A program made the position numbers and the translations under genes. A stretch of 54,421 nt of DNA from an uncultured Candidatus Cloacimonadota bacterium (GTDB lineage: Bacteria; Cloacimonadota; Cloacimonadia; Cloacimonadales; TCS61). The DNA lies in assembly GCA_964578365.1 (NCBI GenBank), contig CAZOCS010000003.1:1-54421 (forward strand), written 5' to 3'. How positions within the stretch are numbered: the stretch's first letter is position 1; every line of letters starts with the position of its first letter. Below, piece after piece: positions 18,243-28,160 of this stretch. The notes beneath the pieces were generated by a model that was not told where the DNA came from, searched no databases, and saw only the letters and a list, made by a program, of their open reading frames with translations.

Positions 18243-18677
18243 ATGAAAACTGAAACTCCAAAAGCGGATATGATCAAGCAAGATTGGTATCTGGTGGATG
18301 CAAAAGATATGGTATTAGGAAGATTAGCGACTCAGATCGCTACGATCCTCCGCGGAAAGAACAAACCATATTTTAGTCCACATCTCGATACCGGTGACTA
18401 CGTTGTAGTTATAAATGCTGAGAAAGTCAGGCTTACAGGAAATAAGGAATTACAAAAAACTTATAAACGTTATAGTGGTTATCCGGATGGACAAACTGTT
18501 ATCCCATTCAAAAGAATGATTCAGGAACATCCTGAAAGAATTATCGAACATGCTGTGAAAGGAATGCTTCCAAAGAACATCTTGGGAAGACAGATATTCA
18601 CCAAGCTTAAAGTATATGCTGGGACCGAGCATCCTCACAAAGCTCAAACTCCCAAGCTACTCAATTTATCTAGTTAG
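18243..18677 (+). CDS. rplM: 50S ribosomal protein L13
   Basis: WYLVDA..LGRLA, RGKNKP.F.PH.DTGD, GMLPKN.LGR and HPH.AQ motifs. Confidence 0.98.
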   Translation: MKTETPKADMIKQDWYLVDAKDMVLGRLATQIATILRGKNKPYFSPHLDTGDYVVVINAEKVRLTGNKELQKTYKRYSGYPDGQTVIPFKRMIQEHPERIIEHAVKGMLPKNILGRQIFTKLKVYAGTEHPHKAQTPKLLNLSS

Positions 18678-18688
18678 GGAGATATCAA

Positions 18689-19075
18689 ATGCAATATTTT
18701 GATGCTGTAGGAAGAAGAAAGAAATCAGTCGCAAGAGTTCGCTTAACCCCTGGAACAGGTAAACGAATTGCAAATAAGATCACAATGAAAAAACACCTCC
18801 AACGTGAAATCCTCGAAATGATCATTGAACAACCACTCAAACTTGTTGGTCTTTCCGATAAAGTTGATATTAATGTTAATGTTAATGGTGGTGGTCTTTC
18901 CGGTCAAGCCGGTGCGATCCGTCATGGTATAGCTCGTGCTCTTGTAAAATATGATGAAGAATTAAAAGGTGAATTAAAGAAACATGGATTCCTTACTCGT
19001 GACCCACGAATGGTAGAAAGAAAGAAACCGGGTCAGCCAAAAGCGAGAAAGAAATTCCAATTCTCTAAACGTTGA
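18689..19075 (+). CDS. rpsI: 30S ribosomal protein S9
   Basis: [41 protein letters not shown] and terminal QFSKR. Confidence 0.98.
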   Translation: MQYFDAVGRRKKSVARVRLTPGTGKRIANKITMKKHLQREILEMIIEQPLKLVGLSDKVDINVNVNGGGLSGQAGAIRHGIARALVKYDEELKGELKKHGFLTRDPRMVERKKPGQPKARKKFQFSKR

Positions 19076-19110
19076 TCAATTATTCAGTTTAAATATATAT
19101 GAACTGATAA

Positions 19111-19183
19111 CACTATTCGGATTTATGCAAAGCGGTGTCCCGAAGTCTTTCGGGATTGAATTGCAGACGAAACCGGATAGGAG
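19111..19183 (+). promoter_or_regulatory. Structured rpsB 5' leader (putative S2 autoregulatory RNA)
   Basis: Nested pairings CTATTCGG/CCGGATAG, TGCAA/TTGCA and TCCCGAA/TTCGGGA with an unpaired GGTG; lies directly upstream of rpsB. Confidence 0.55.
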
Positions 19184-19211
19184 AAAAAGAACCGTAAATA
19201 AAGGAGAAAAA

Positions 19212-20423
19212 ATGTCAGTAGTAACAATGAAGTCTCTCTTAGAGAGCGGAGTTCACTTCGGTCACCAAACTTATAAGTGGAATCCAAAAATGGATAAATA
19301 CATTTTCATAAAAAGAAATGGTATCCATATTTTAGACCTTAAACAAACCCTAGATGCAATCAATGAATCTTATATGTTCATCAAAGATATCGTTTCAAAA
19401 GGTGAAACTGTACTTTTTGTTGGAACTAAGAAACAAGCCCAGGAAGCTGTTGTAAATGCAGCCAAAAAATGTAGTGGATTTTATGCTTCAAATCGTTGGT
19501 ATGGCGGAATGCTTACAAATATGAAGACTATTCGACGCAGCATTGAAAAATTGGATTATTATGAGCAGATAGTAGAAGATGGAACAATTAATAGTTTCAC
19601 AAAACTTGAAGCTACAAAAATGAAGCGTACTTATGATAAGATCAATTTTGGTCTTTCCGGTATAAGAGAAATGGATAAACTTCCTGGTGCTGTTGTTATA
19701 GTAGACATCATCAAAGAAAACATCGCACTCTTAGAAGCTAAAAAACTTGGTATTCCAATTGTTGCAATGGTCGATACTAATGCAGATCCTGACTTTGTAG
19801 ATTATGTGATCCCTGCTAATGATGATGCTATCCGAGCTATTCAACTTATCACTGATGTTATGGCAAATGCTGTGATCGAAGGTAAACAAGCATTGCTCGA
19901 AGGTGCAGACATAGTTAAACCGGAAGAGAAAAAAGAAGATACAAAAGAAGAGAAAAAGGCAGAAAAACCTAAAGAAAAAGCTAAAGAAAAAGTTGAAGAG
20001 AAAGTTGAAGAGAAAGTTGAAGAGAAAGTTGTTGTGAAAGAAGCTGTTAAAAAGGCAGAAGATACACCTAAGAAAGAAGCTAAAAAGGAAGTGAAAAAAG
20101 AGACAAAGAAAGAAGAAACTTCCAAACCTGTAAAGAAGACAGCTAAGAAAACTGAAACAAAAACAGAAACAAAAACAGAAGTAAAAACAGATGTAAAAAC
20201 AGAAGTAGCTGAAGCTAAACCAAAAAAGGAAACCAAGAAAGAGACTAAAAAAGAAGAAGCTTCTAAACCTGTTAAGAAAACAGCTAAGAAAGCAGAAGTA
20301 AAAAAGGAAACAAAAAAGGAAGAAGTTTCTAAACCAGTTAAGAAGACAGCTAAGAAAACTGAAGTGAAAAAAGCTGAAGAAAAGCCAAAGAAAGCAACTA
20401 AGAAGACTACAAAAGAAGCTTAG
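19212..20423 (+). CDS. rpsB: 30S ribosomal protein S2 with long Lys/Glu/Thr-rich C-terminal tail
   Basis: [40 protein letters not shown] and IPANDDAIR motifs; start at ATG 19212 with AAGGAG RBS, not 19125. Confidence 0.97.
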   Translation: MSVVTMKSLLESGVHFGHQTYKWNPKMDKYIFIKRNGIHILDLKQTLDAINESYMFIKDIVSKGETVLFVGTKKQAQEAVVNAAKKCSGFYASNRWYGGMLTNMKTIRRSIEKLDYYEQIVEDGTINSFTKLEATKMKRTYDKINFGLSGIREMDKLPGAVVIVDIIKENIALLEAKKLGIPIVAMVDTNADPDFVDYVIPANDDAIRAIQLITDVMANAVIEGKQALLEGADIVKPEEKKEDTKEEKKAEKPKEKAKEKVEEKVEEKVEEKVVVKEAVKKAEDTPKKEAKKEVKKETKKEETSKPVKKTAKKTETKTETKTEVKTDVKTEVAEAKPKKETKKETKKEEASKPVKKTAKKAEVKKETKKEEVSKPVKKTAKKTEVKKAEEKPKKATKKTTKEA

Positions 20424-20459
20424 TTAATAAAGATTATTAGACCAGGAGAAAAATAAATT

Positions 20460-21341
20460 ATGAGTATCTCAGCAAAATTAGTAATGGAACTCAGAGGAAA
20501 AACTGACGCAGGAATGATGGACTGTAAGAAAGCTCTGATCGAAACAAATGGAGACTTACAAGCAGCTGCTGATTATCTTAGAGAAAAAGGTATGAGCAAA
20601 GCCGCAAAAAAAGCAAGTAGAATTGCGGCTGAAGGACTTGTGTTCAACACAATTTCCGAAGATGCAAAAATAGCTACACTTGTAGAATTAAATTCCGAAA
20701 CCGATTTCGTTGCAAAGAATGATGAATTTAAAAGTTTTGGAAATATGCTCACAAAGATCGTTATTGAAAATAATCTGGAAACAGTTGATGAACTTAATGC
20801 TTTTGAAATTGATGGTTCAACTATAGAAATTAAACTTAAAGAACTCATTGCCAAGATTGGTGAGAACATGAATATTCGTCGTTTTGTAAGAGTTACATCC
20901 GATAGTTTTGTAACTACCTATCTTCATATGGGTGGTAAAATTGGAGTAGCACTTCAAATGGAAGGCGATGTGACAGAAGAGAACAAGACCAGGGCAAAAG
21001 ATATTGCAATGCATGTTGCTGCAATGTCACCGGACTTTTTAGATAAATCGGAAGTTACACAAGAAATCTTAGATAAAGAAAGAAGCATTCTTAAAGCTCA
21101 ACTGATCGAGCAGGGAAAACCTGAGAAGATCATTGATAACATCCTTATCGGTAAGATGAACAAGTTCTTTGAAGAGAATTGCCTTCTTCAACAAAAATTT
21201 GTAAAAGACGATAAAGTAACAGTAGAAAACTATGCCGGAGATATGAAAATAGTTTCTGTGGTTCGTTATAAGCTCGGTGAAGGTCTGGAAAAAAGGAATG
21301 AAGATTTTGCTGCAGAAGTGGCAGAACAAATGAACGGCTAA
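20460..21341 (+). CDS. tsf: Elongation factor Ts
   Basis: LR..T.AGMMDCKKAL, ELNSETDFVAKN, IGENM and IAMHVAA motifs. Confidence 0.97.
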   Translation: MSISAKLVMELRGKTDAGMMDCKKALIETNGDLQAAADYLREKGMSKAAKKASRIAAEGLVFNTISEDAKIATLVELNSETDFVAKNDEFKSFGNMLTKIVIENNLETVDELNAFEIDGSTIEIKLKELIAKIGENMNIRRFVRVTSDSFVTTYLHMGGKIGVALQMEGDVTEENKTRAKDIAMHVAAMSPDFLDKSEVTQEILDKERSILKAQLIEQGKPEKIIDNILIGKMNKFFEENCLLQQKFVKDDKVTVENYAGDMKIVSVVRYKLGEGLEKRNEDFAAEVAEQMNG

Positions 21342-21365
21342 TAATTTTTTATTAGGAGTGATCTG

Positions 21366-22091
21366 ATGCGAAGATATAAACCTGAAAAGATCCACAAAGT
21401 TATATTTAAGATAAGCGGAGAAGTACTTGCCGGTAAGAAGGGATTCGGGATTGATATGCAAAGTGTAGAAAATCTCATCGAGGACCTTGTCTCTATTAGA
21501 AAAGCGGGATATAGTATTGGTATAGTGTTGGGAGGAGGAAATTTCTTCCGTGGTGTTTCTGAAATTGGTAAACACATCAATCGTTTTACCGCTGATAATG
21601 TTGGCATGCTGGCAACTATACAAAATGCTTTGATAATGAGTGGTGTATTGCAGAAGAGAAATTATCGTACAGAAATTTATTCTGCTATTCAGGTAGATAA
21701 AGTAGCAAAATTTTATACTCCAAACAGAGCAACTACTTCTCTAAATGAAGGGAAAATATGTTTCTTCTGCGGTGGTATTGGAAATCCATTCTTTACAACA
21801 GATACTGCAGCAATTCTTCGTGCTATTGAGTTGGATGCTGATATAGTTCTTAAAGGAACTAAAGTAGATGGTGTTTTTAGTGCTGATCCGGTAAAAGATA
21901 AAAATGCAAAATTTATCGCTGATATTACATTCAGTGAAGTTCTAGATAAAGAATTGCAGGTGATGGATATGACCGCATTTTCTTTAGCCCGTGAAAACAA
22001 TATGCCCATTAAGGTATTTAATATTACAAAAAAAGGTAGCTTAACAGATGCTATTTTGAAAAGAGATGTTGGAACCTTTGTTCATAAATAA
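21366..22091 (+). CDS. pyrH: UMP kinase
   Basis: KISGE.L, GGGNFFRG, GMLAT, GNPFFTTDTAA, TKVDGV and VMD.TA motifs. Confidence 0.96.
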   Translation: MRRYKPEKIHKVIFKISGEVLAGKKGFGIDMQSVENLIEDLVSIRKAGYSIGIVLGGGNFFRGVSEIGKHINRFTADNVGMLATIQNALIMSGVLQKRNYRTEIYSAIQVDKVAKFYTPNRATTSLNEGKICFFCGGIGNPFFTTDTAAILRAIELDADIVLKGTKVDGVFSADPVKDKNAKFIADITFSEVLDKELQVMDMTAFSLARENNMPIKVFNITKKGSLTDAILKRDVGTFVHK

Positions 22092-22100
22092 GGAGTTATC

Positions 22101-22655
22101 ATGCAAGAATTAATACAGAACCTGACAGAGAAGATGGAAAATGCTTTCAATTCATTGCTGAAAAATTATTCCAGAATCAGAACAGGAAGAGCAAATACAT
22201 CTTCATTAGATGATATTAAAATTGATTATTATGGAGCTCCAACTCCTATTAAACAACTTTGTAATATCTCTATCCCGGAGCCAAGACTTATTGTGATTCA
22301 GCCCTGGGATAAATCTATTCTTGAAGGAATTGAAAAAACTCTTCTTTCTTCTAATATTGGAGTTACTCCCGATAACGATGGAAATGTTATCCGCCTTCCA
22401 TTCCAACCCTTAACTGAAGAGACAAGATTGGATATTGTGAAGCAGATCAAAAAATTAGCCGAAGATGCTAAGATCGAGATCAGGAACATTCGTCGTGAAG
22501 GTAATGAAATTTCTAAAAATATGGAAAAGAAAAGTGAGATAAGTGAAGATAACATGAAAGATCTTCAAATCGATATTCAAGAACTTACAGATAAATTAGT
22601 TAAAAAGATCACCGATACTGCCAAATTGAAAGAAACTGAAATAATGGAAGTATAG
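22101..22655 (+). CDS. frr: Ribosome recycling factor
   Basis: IRTGRAN, YYG.PTP, IQPWD, P.NDG.VIR, PLTEE.R and IRNIRR motifs. Confidence 0.97.
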   Translation: MQELIQNLTEKMENAFNSLLKNYSRIRTGRANTSSLDDIKIDYYGAPTPIKQLCNISIPEPRLIVIQPWDKSILEGIEKTLLSSNIGVTPDNDGNVIRLPFQPLTEETRLDIVKQIKKLAEDAKIEIRNIRREGNEISKNMEKKSEISEDNMKDLQIDIQELTDKLVKKITDTAKLKETEIMEV

Positions 22656-22686
22656 TGCTTTTAGAGAATAAGTTAAAGGAGAAATT

Positions 22687-22869
22687 ATGGCTCTCATAAT
22701 AACTTCTGAATGTGTAAAATGTGGTGTTTGTATAGACGTATGTCCAATTTCAGCTATCATTGAAAGTGATGCGCAATACATTATTACAGATGCATGCATA
22801 GATTGTGGTAAATGTATAGAAGTTTGTCCTATAGACTCAATAAAAAATGTTAAGATGAACGGACAGTAA
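22687..22869 (+). CDS. 2[4Fe-4S] ferredoxin
   Basis: Two CxxCxxCxxxCP motifs; AAGGAG RBS. Confidence 0.92.
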   Translation: MALIITSECVKCGVCIDVCPISAIIESDAQYIITDACIDCGKCIEVCPIDSIKNVKMNGQ

Positions 22870-22890
22870 ACAATTTATATCAGATATTAT

Positions 22891-22921
22891 AAAAGCCCGA
22901 ATTATTTCGGGCTTTTTTTTT
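22891..22921. terminator. Bidirectional intrinsic terminator
   Basis: AAAAGCCCGAA-ttat-TTCGGGCTTTTTTTTT between convergent genes. Confidence 0.85.
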
Positions 22922-24036
22922 CAAATTGAATATAATATTAATTTTGCCAGAGTTTCCCAGCTATATTTTTTACTTTCTTCTTTGATATTCCTGATAAGCT
23001 GTTCCCGATCCAATTCAAAATATCGCACGATAGCTTTAGAAAAAGCTTCTTTAGATACATCTGCGGCCATAATTCCGGTTTTGTTGTCCAGCACCAGTTC
23101 TGCCAGGCTTCCTACAGGCGTTGCAACTGCACCAAGCTCCATGTCATAGGCTATTTGAACAACTCCACTTTGAGTTGCACTTATATAAGGCAACGCTAAA
23201 ACATCGGCAGCTTTGTAATATAACTCCACTTCTTCATTAGTTGCAAATCTATTAAGAAAAGTTACATCACTTTTCAAATTCAACTTTTCTATCAAATCAA
23301 AATATCCGGTATCATCTCCATAAACTTCTCCAACGATCATCAAATGTGCATCCGGAAGTTCTCGCAAGATCAATGGAAAAGATTTTATCAATAAATCCAA
23401 ACCTTTGTATGGTTTGATATAACCAAAAAATAGAATGGTTTTTTTCTTCTCTACCTGCAACTTTATTTTGGCTGATTCTTTGGAAAAATTCCTCAAGTCA
23501 TAACAATTGTATATGGGATGAAGACCCTTGATAATATTAGCTTTGGGAAGTAATCTTCTAGCGTCATCATAAACTGAATCGGACATTGTGATAAGCACAT
23601 CAGCTTTACCAAGTGCATATTTGGTAAGCGTTTCTGCAAAAAACCATTTTTCATGGAAAACAATATTGTCTATCACATAAATAACTCTAATGTTATGTTT
23701 TTTTAATCTGCGTATAAGCCAGCCAAAAACCGGAGCAAAAAATGGAATCCAGTATTTCAGGATCAGTATCTCCGGTTGCCATTGCCTTATTTTCTTTAAT
23801 GCTGAAAACCAGGTGAGAGGATTGTATGGAATTACAATAGGTTCGATTTCCAGATCCGGCTTTGTTTCACTATGATCAATTTGATCTTTACCAGGGAATA
23901 TAATTTTGGGATATTGTTTTGAAAATGAAAAGATCTTTACTTCATGGTTTTTTTTTAGTTCCAATGCCAGCAACATGTTAAATTGTGCAATTCCGCCTCG
24001 CAGAGGAAAAGCCGGCCCTAAGAATCCTATTTTCAT
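22921..24036 (-). CDS. Glycosyltransferase family 4 (GT-B)
   Basis: P.RGGIA, LFFGYIKPYKGL and LPY.SATQSGV motifs; start at ATG 24036 by ATGA overlap with the upstream gene. Confidence 0.9.
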   Translation of the reverse strand: MKIGFLGPAFPLRGGIAQFNMLLALELKKNHEVKIFSFSKQYPKIIFPGKDQIDHSETKPDLEIEPIVIPYNPLTWFSALKKIRQWQPEILILKYWIPFFAPVFGWLIRRLKKHNIRVIYVIDNIVFHEKWFFAETLTKYALGKADVLITMSDSVYDDARRLLPKANIIKGLHPIYNCYDLRNFSKESAKIKLQVEKKKTILFFGYIKPYKGLDLLIKSFPLILRELPDAHLMIVGEVYGDDTGYFDLIEKLNLKSDVTFLNRFATNEEVELYYKAADVLALPYISATQSGVVQIAYDMELGAVATPVGSLAELVLDNKTGIMAADVSKEAFSKAIVRYFELDREQLIRNIKEESKKYSWETLAKLILYSI

Positions 24037-25112
24037 TTTTCTAACAACTTTCCTAACAACTGTTCTATTGTTTGCAATACTAATTTTGGTGAGATAGTAC
24101 TCATACACTCTATTTCACAGGTATTCTTATAACATCCCAAACAATCTTTACCAGCTGGTTCTAGAATTGTTCCAAGACCATAGAGTTCAAATTCATATTT
24201 ATTGAAGATGTTATTCAGAAGAACTAATTTCTTTTCATATCCGATGGCAATGTGCATTGCCATTGTTACAGATGTTACAATAAGGTCGCATTTCTTACAC
24301 AGTTTCAAAAAAGCTTTCATGTCAAAATAACCCAGGTAGATCGCCTTTGAGTTAGCAGCAATTTCAGTATTCATTTCATGTTCAATGGGTCCACCCAGCA
24401 GAAGCGGAGCAAGTCCATTTTCGTGTAATTTGTCGGCAAGCTCAATCCAGTTCTTCACACCCCAAAGTCTGGTTAGCCAGCGCGTACCACAACCGGTATT
24501 AAGACCAATTATTCTTTTCCCATCCGGTAGATTAAATTCAATATCCGATTTTGGAGTATCTAGAATATACTTTTCTCCTGTAAACTCATAACCGAACATT
24601 TCAAAGATCTCAAAAGGATAACTTTTGAGATTTTGCATACAAAGATCATCCCACAATCCGGTCTGCCATTTATGTTGGGCATCGGCATCTGCCGGTTTGC
24701 ATTTCCCAAATTCATCCGGTAGATACCCTTTTTTCACGGTTGCTGTTATACTTTTAGCTAAGGCAAGGGCGTGGCGATCTTTATCCAGATTTACTATCAG
24801 ATCAAATTCACGATTCTGTAACCATAAAACATTTTTTTCATTCCACTTTAAAATTGTATTTACATACTTTTTTGGTATAAATAGAGGAGAATCTGTAAGC
24901 CAGATTATCTCTGCTCTGGGAAACTCAGAACGTAGTTTATGCAAAATAGGAGTAGTTCGAATTACATCTCCGGCAGCACCTAATTTAATAATGAGAATAT
25001 GTTTCTCAATGGGAGTGAAATATTCACAATCTTCGCAATGTACACCATCTATTTTATGCGGTTTGCAGGGGATATCTCCATTGAAATGGAAACAATTATT
25101 CAAGACCTTCAT
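24033..25112 (-). CDS. Glycosyltransferase family 9 (ADP-heptose:LPS heptosyltransferase-like) with Cys-rich termini
   Basis: ILIIKLGA.GDV.RTTP, IGLN.G.G.RW...W and T.AMHIA motifs. Confidence 0.85.
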   Translation of the reverse strand: MKVLNNCFHFNGDIPCKPHKIDGVHCEDCEYFTPIEKHILIIKLGAAGDVIRTTPILHKLRSEFPRAEIIWLTDSPLFIPKKYVNTILKWNEKNVLWLQNREFDLIVNLDKDRHALALAKSITATVKKGYLPDEFGKCKPADADAQHKWQTGLWDDLCMQNLKSYPFEIFEMFGYEFTGEKYILDTPKSDIEFNLPDGKRIIGLNTGCGTRWLTRLWGVKNWIELADKLHENGLAPLLLGGPIEHEMNTEIAANSKAIYLGYFDMKAFLKLCKKCDLIVTSVTMAMHIAIGYEKKLVLLNNIFNKYEFELYGLGTILEPAGKDCLGCYKNTCEIECMSTISPKLVLQTIEQLLGKLLEK

Positions 25113-25651
25113 TTCTTATTCTTTTCAAGAAATTCTTTCTTCTCTTTATCTGTGATCACAACCGCAGCCATAAAGTCATCAAACTCGATTTGAGGAGCCA
25201 TCTCTGCAATACTATTAGCTATCTCTAAGGGTTTGGGAAAGTTGAGTGTATATTCTAATGATCGCTCTTTTTCATCTACATTATATTTTAAGCGGATCAT
25301 TCTTCGTTTATCATCATTAAGTTCCAATTTTGTTAACGATCCCCATTTAATATTAATATTCTTTTTCCCCAAATATTGGAAGGAGATCATCTCTTCAGTT
25401 AGCTTGATCTTATTTAAAGAAAAGAGATTTTTTAAAAAAGAATTTAGAGCGAGAAACATTATAGCAAAAGGAACAAATTGGGCAAATTTGGATGAATCTG
25501 AATCAACTTTGTTAAAGATTAGCCATATTGAATAAACAATTGCAAGTGCAGCAAGAATGAGTGTAAACCATCGTATGAACTGATTAAATTTATATGTTCG
25601 CGGTAAACCTTTGGTCTTGTTTATATCTAGAAATTCTTCTAAATCTTTCAT
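25109..25651 (-). CDS. Hypothetical membrane protein (2 TM plus soluble C-terminal domain)
   Basis: 180-aa ORF tightly coupled to its neighbours; two hydrophobic segments. Confidence 0.7.
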   Translation of the reverse strand: MKDLEEFLDINKTKGLPRTYKFNQFIRWFTLILAALAIVYSIWLIFNKVDSDSSKFAQFVPFAIMFLALNSFLKNLFSLNKIKLTEEMISFQYLGKKNINIKWGSLTKLELNDDKRRMIRLKYNVDEKERSLEYTLNFPKPLEIANSIAEMAPQIEFDDFMAAVVITDKEKKEFLEKNKK

Positions 25652-25656
25652 AACCT

Positions 25657-26475
25657 TTACCTTCTTTTACTTTTTAGTTCTTCCAAGACAAAGTCAGGGG
25701 CTGAATAGTTTTTAAAAATTTCAAGATCCAATCCTTCACCATGAAAGTCGCTTCCACCGGTTCGAATGAGCATATTGCTTTGAGCTATATCGTTGTAATG
25801 CAACACAGTTTCATCATTACATTTAGCATAAAACACTTCCATTCCATCAATACCATATTTTATAATATCGTATATATGATCATCATTTCTCAGAGTGTAT
25901 GGATGCGCCAAAACACTTACACCGCCAGCATTTCTAATAACTTTAATTATCCTTTCTACAGTAGGAGAAGCTTTGGGAACATAGGCATAACAATGCTCAC
26001 CAAGATATTTTTCAAATGCTTCATATTTGTTTTTGCAATAACCATTCTCGATTAGAGCCCAGGCCAAATGCGGACGCCCAAGATAATTATTTTCACCGGC
26101 TCTCTCATAGATCTGATCATGATCAAGAAAAATATCTTGTTCTCTCAATTTTTCTATCATTGAATTTGCACGATGAAAGCGGTTATCATAGATCACCTTT
26201 AACATATCATTGATCTCTTTGTTTTCGGTATCCACATAATAAGCAAGTATGTGCACATCCTTATCTTTATGAAGACAGCTTATCTCGACACCCGGAATCA
26301 ATTCAATATCCATCTCTTTGGCAATTTCTTTGGCATTACGATAACCATCCAGATTGTCATGATCTGTGATTGAGATCACACTATGATCACTTTCTTTTGC
26401 AAACTCTAAAACTTCTCTAGGTGAATAGACTCCGTCTGAATAATTAGTGTGCACATGAAGATCTATCTTTTTCAT
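25657..26475 (-). CDS. PHP domain phosphoesterase (TrpH/YciV-like)
   Basis: DLHVHT..SDG, ITDHD, GVEIS, GRPHLA, LAHP and TGGSDFHG motifs; ATG at 26475 with GGGAG RBS. Confidence 0.92.
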   Translation of the reverse strand: MKKIDLHVHTNYSDGVYSPREVLEFAKESDHSVISITDHDNLDGYRNAKEIAKEMDIELIPGVEISCLHKDKDVHILAYYVDTENKEINDMLKVIYDNRFHRANSMIEKLREQDIFLDHDQIYERAGENNYLGRPHLAWALIENGYCKNKYEAFEKYLGEHCYAYVPKASPTVERIIKVIRNAGGVSVLAHPYTLRNDDHIYDIIKYGIDGMEVFYAKCNDETVLHYNDIAQSNMLIRTGGSDFHGEGLDLEIFKNYSAPDFVLEELKSKRR

Positions 26476-26712
26476 CAAACTCCCGATTTTCTTATATTTT
26501 TTATATATTGGAAATTTGAATTTACTATATTTGTCAATGTAAAATGTAAGAATTATGAAATTGATGATATACAATTTGATATTCCAACAAAGAGGATTCC
26601 TTGACAGTTATGTACATATTGCAAACTTACTATTGTTATGAAAATAAATTTAGATAAACAAAGTCACTCTTTTAGCTTTTTCTAAAATCAAAAAAGCATA
26701 GGACATATTAGA

Positions 26713-27600
26713 ATGAATAGATCTTCTCATTTTAAAACAATATTGCAAGCTCTGCTGGTTACATTCCTTTGGTCAACATCATTCATCCTTATTAAGAAGG
26801 GACTGTTGGAAATTCCTGCTATCACTTATGCCGGCTTACGCTACGGTTTGGCATGGTTGTTTTTTCTTCCATTTATTCTGATCACTAAGCATAGATCGGA
26901 AATAACAAAATTATCAAAAATCCAATGGAAAAAATTAATCCTGCTTGGATTGATTTTTTATACATTCACACAGGGAGCTCAGTTTCTTGGACTATACTAC
27001 TTACCTTCTGTCACCGTAAGTCTGATGCTTAATTTCACACCTATCATCGTGGCTGTGCTAGGAATTTTCTTACTTAATGAAAAACCATCCATTTTGCAGT
27101 GGATGGGAGCTGCACTTTTTCTTATTGGGATCTTTACTTATTTCTTTCCGATATTTTTAGTTGGTAATAGAGTCCTTGGTTTAGCTATTATGGGATTTGG
27201 TGTTTTGGCAAATGCAGGTTCTGCAATCATTGGAAGAGACGTAAATCGCAGTAAGAATATTCATCCGGTTATTATCACATTTGTAAGTATGGGAATCGGT
27301 GCAGTGATCCTTCTGGTAGTTGGTCTTATTACAAATGGTCTGCCAACTATCAGTGGCAGAAACTGGATTTATTTATTCTGGCTGGCAGGTATCAATACTG
27401 CTTTTGCCTTCACATTATGGAATCATACACTACGTTCACTCACCGCTATGGAATCAAGTATAATCAATGGAACCATGCTCATCCAAATAGCGATCTTGGC
27501 TTGGGTGTTATTAGGTGAAACTATAACTCTTCAAGAAAGTATTGGCATGATTTTAGCTGCTATGGGTGCAGTACTCGTACAGATAAAGAAGAAAAACTAG
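26713..27600 (+). CDS. DMT/EamA family transporter
   Basis: About 10 TM in two EamA repeats; LWS.SF..K.GL, LLNEK and LLGE motifs. Confidence 0.88.
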   Translation: MNRSSHFKTILQALLVTFLWSTSFILIKKGLLEIPAITYAGLRYGLAWLFFLPFILITKHRSEITKLSKIQWKKLILLGLIFYTFTQGAQFLGLYYLPSVTVSLMLNFTPIIVAVLGIFLLNEKPSILQWMGAALFLIGIFTYFFPIFLVGNRVLGLAIMGFGVLANAGSAIIGRDVNRSKNIHPVIITFVSMGIGAVILLVVGLITNGLPTISGRNWIYLFWLAGINTAFAFTLWNHTLRSLTAMESSIINGTMLIQIAILAWVLLGETITLQESIGMILAAMGAVLVQIKKKN

Positions 27601-27615
27601 TTCTGTAAATTTTCT

Positions 27616-28113
27616 TTATTGCTCCTCTTTATTCTCATTCTTGCTTTTAATTACACCAGTTGATTTTGCAATGATCCACAATCCTAAAGCTATCAGTACT
27701 ACAGGCCATCCCACATGAATAAAACGCCACATACTAAAGGGTCTAAATGACAAACCGGCAATTAACAAAATTCCACCGGGCACTAGCGGCCACCAAAGAG
27801 TTTTACCTTTGTTAAGGCGGTCTATAACATAAATTCCAATAAATCCGATTCCCAAACCTAATGTATTTAGATGTGGGAAATTCCAGAAAAAACCATATGT
27901 AAAACTGCCTAATCCGAGTCCGGTTATAATACACCCCGGAATTAATAATCCATAAGAATCTTTGTAGAAATAAGCTGCAATAAATAAACCACCAAGCAGC
28001 AGCATAAATGAATTCTGATGGAATCCAACAAATAATCTTAATCCCGAGATCGATAATCCTACAAGTATTAAGATTATTCCTGCAATTATCTGACCCTTGC
28101 GTTCATTTTTCAT
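27616..28113 (-). CDS. Hypothetical membrane protein (LiaF/LiaI-like TM repeats)
   Basis: G.ILI.VG, LLIPG, WWPLVPG and WPVVLI.LG motifs; AGGAG RBS. Confidence 0.65.
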   Translation of the reverse strand: MKNERKGQIIAGIILILVGLSISGLRLFVGFHQNSFMLLLGGLFIAAYFYKDSYGLLIPGCIITGLGLGSFTYGFFWNFPHLNTLGLGIGFIGIYVIDRLNKGKTLWWPLVPGGILLIAGLSFRPFSMWRFIHVGWPVVLIALGLWIIAKSTGVIKSKNENKEEQ

Positions 28114-28160
28114 ATTATTTCTCCTTTTTTTTTAATGCATTTATCCCGTGAAATGCGAAA

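Noticed and set aside
19073-19075. Genome-wide UGA reassignment (Trp or Gly) as the explanation for the UGA at 29664-29666
   Set aside because: rpsI ends at its canonical C-terminus QFSKR with TGA, and several genes use ATGA stop/start overlaps, so UGA is a working stop codon here.
19125-19211. N-terminal extension of S2 given by the ORF track
   Set aside because: The S2 homology and AAGGAG RBS point to ATG 19212; the upstream part is the structured leader.
19841-20236. 131-aa hydrophobic minus-strand ORF
   Set aside because: Antisense shadow of the K/E-rich rpsB tail; its F/S/L-rich composition follows from the complementary codons.
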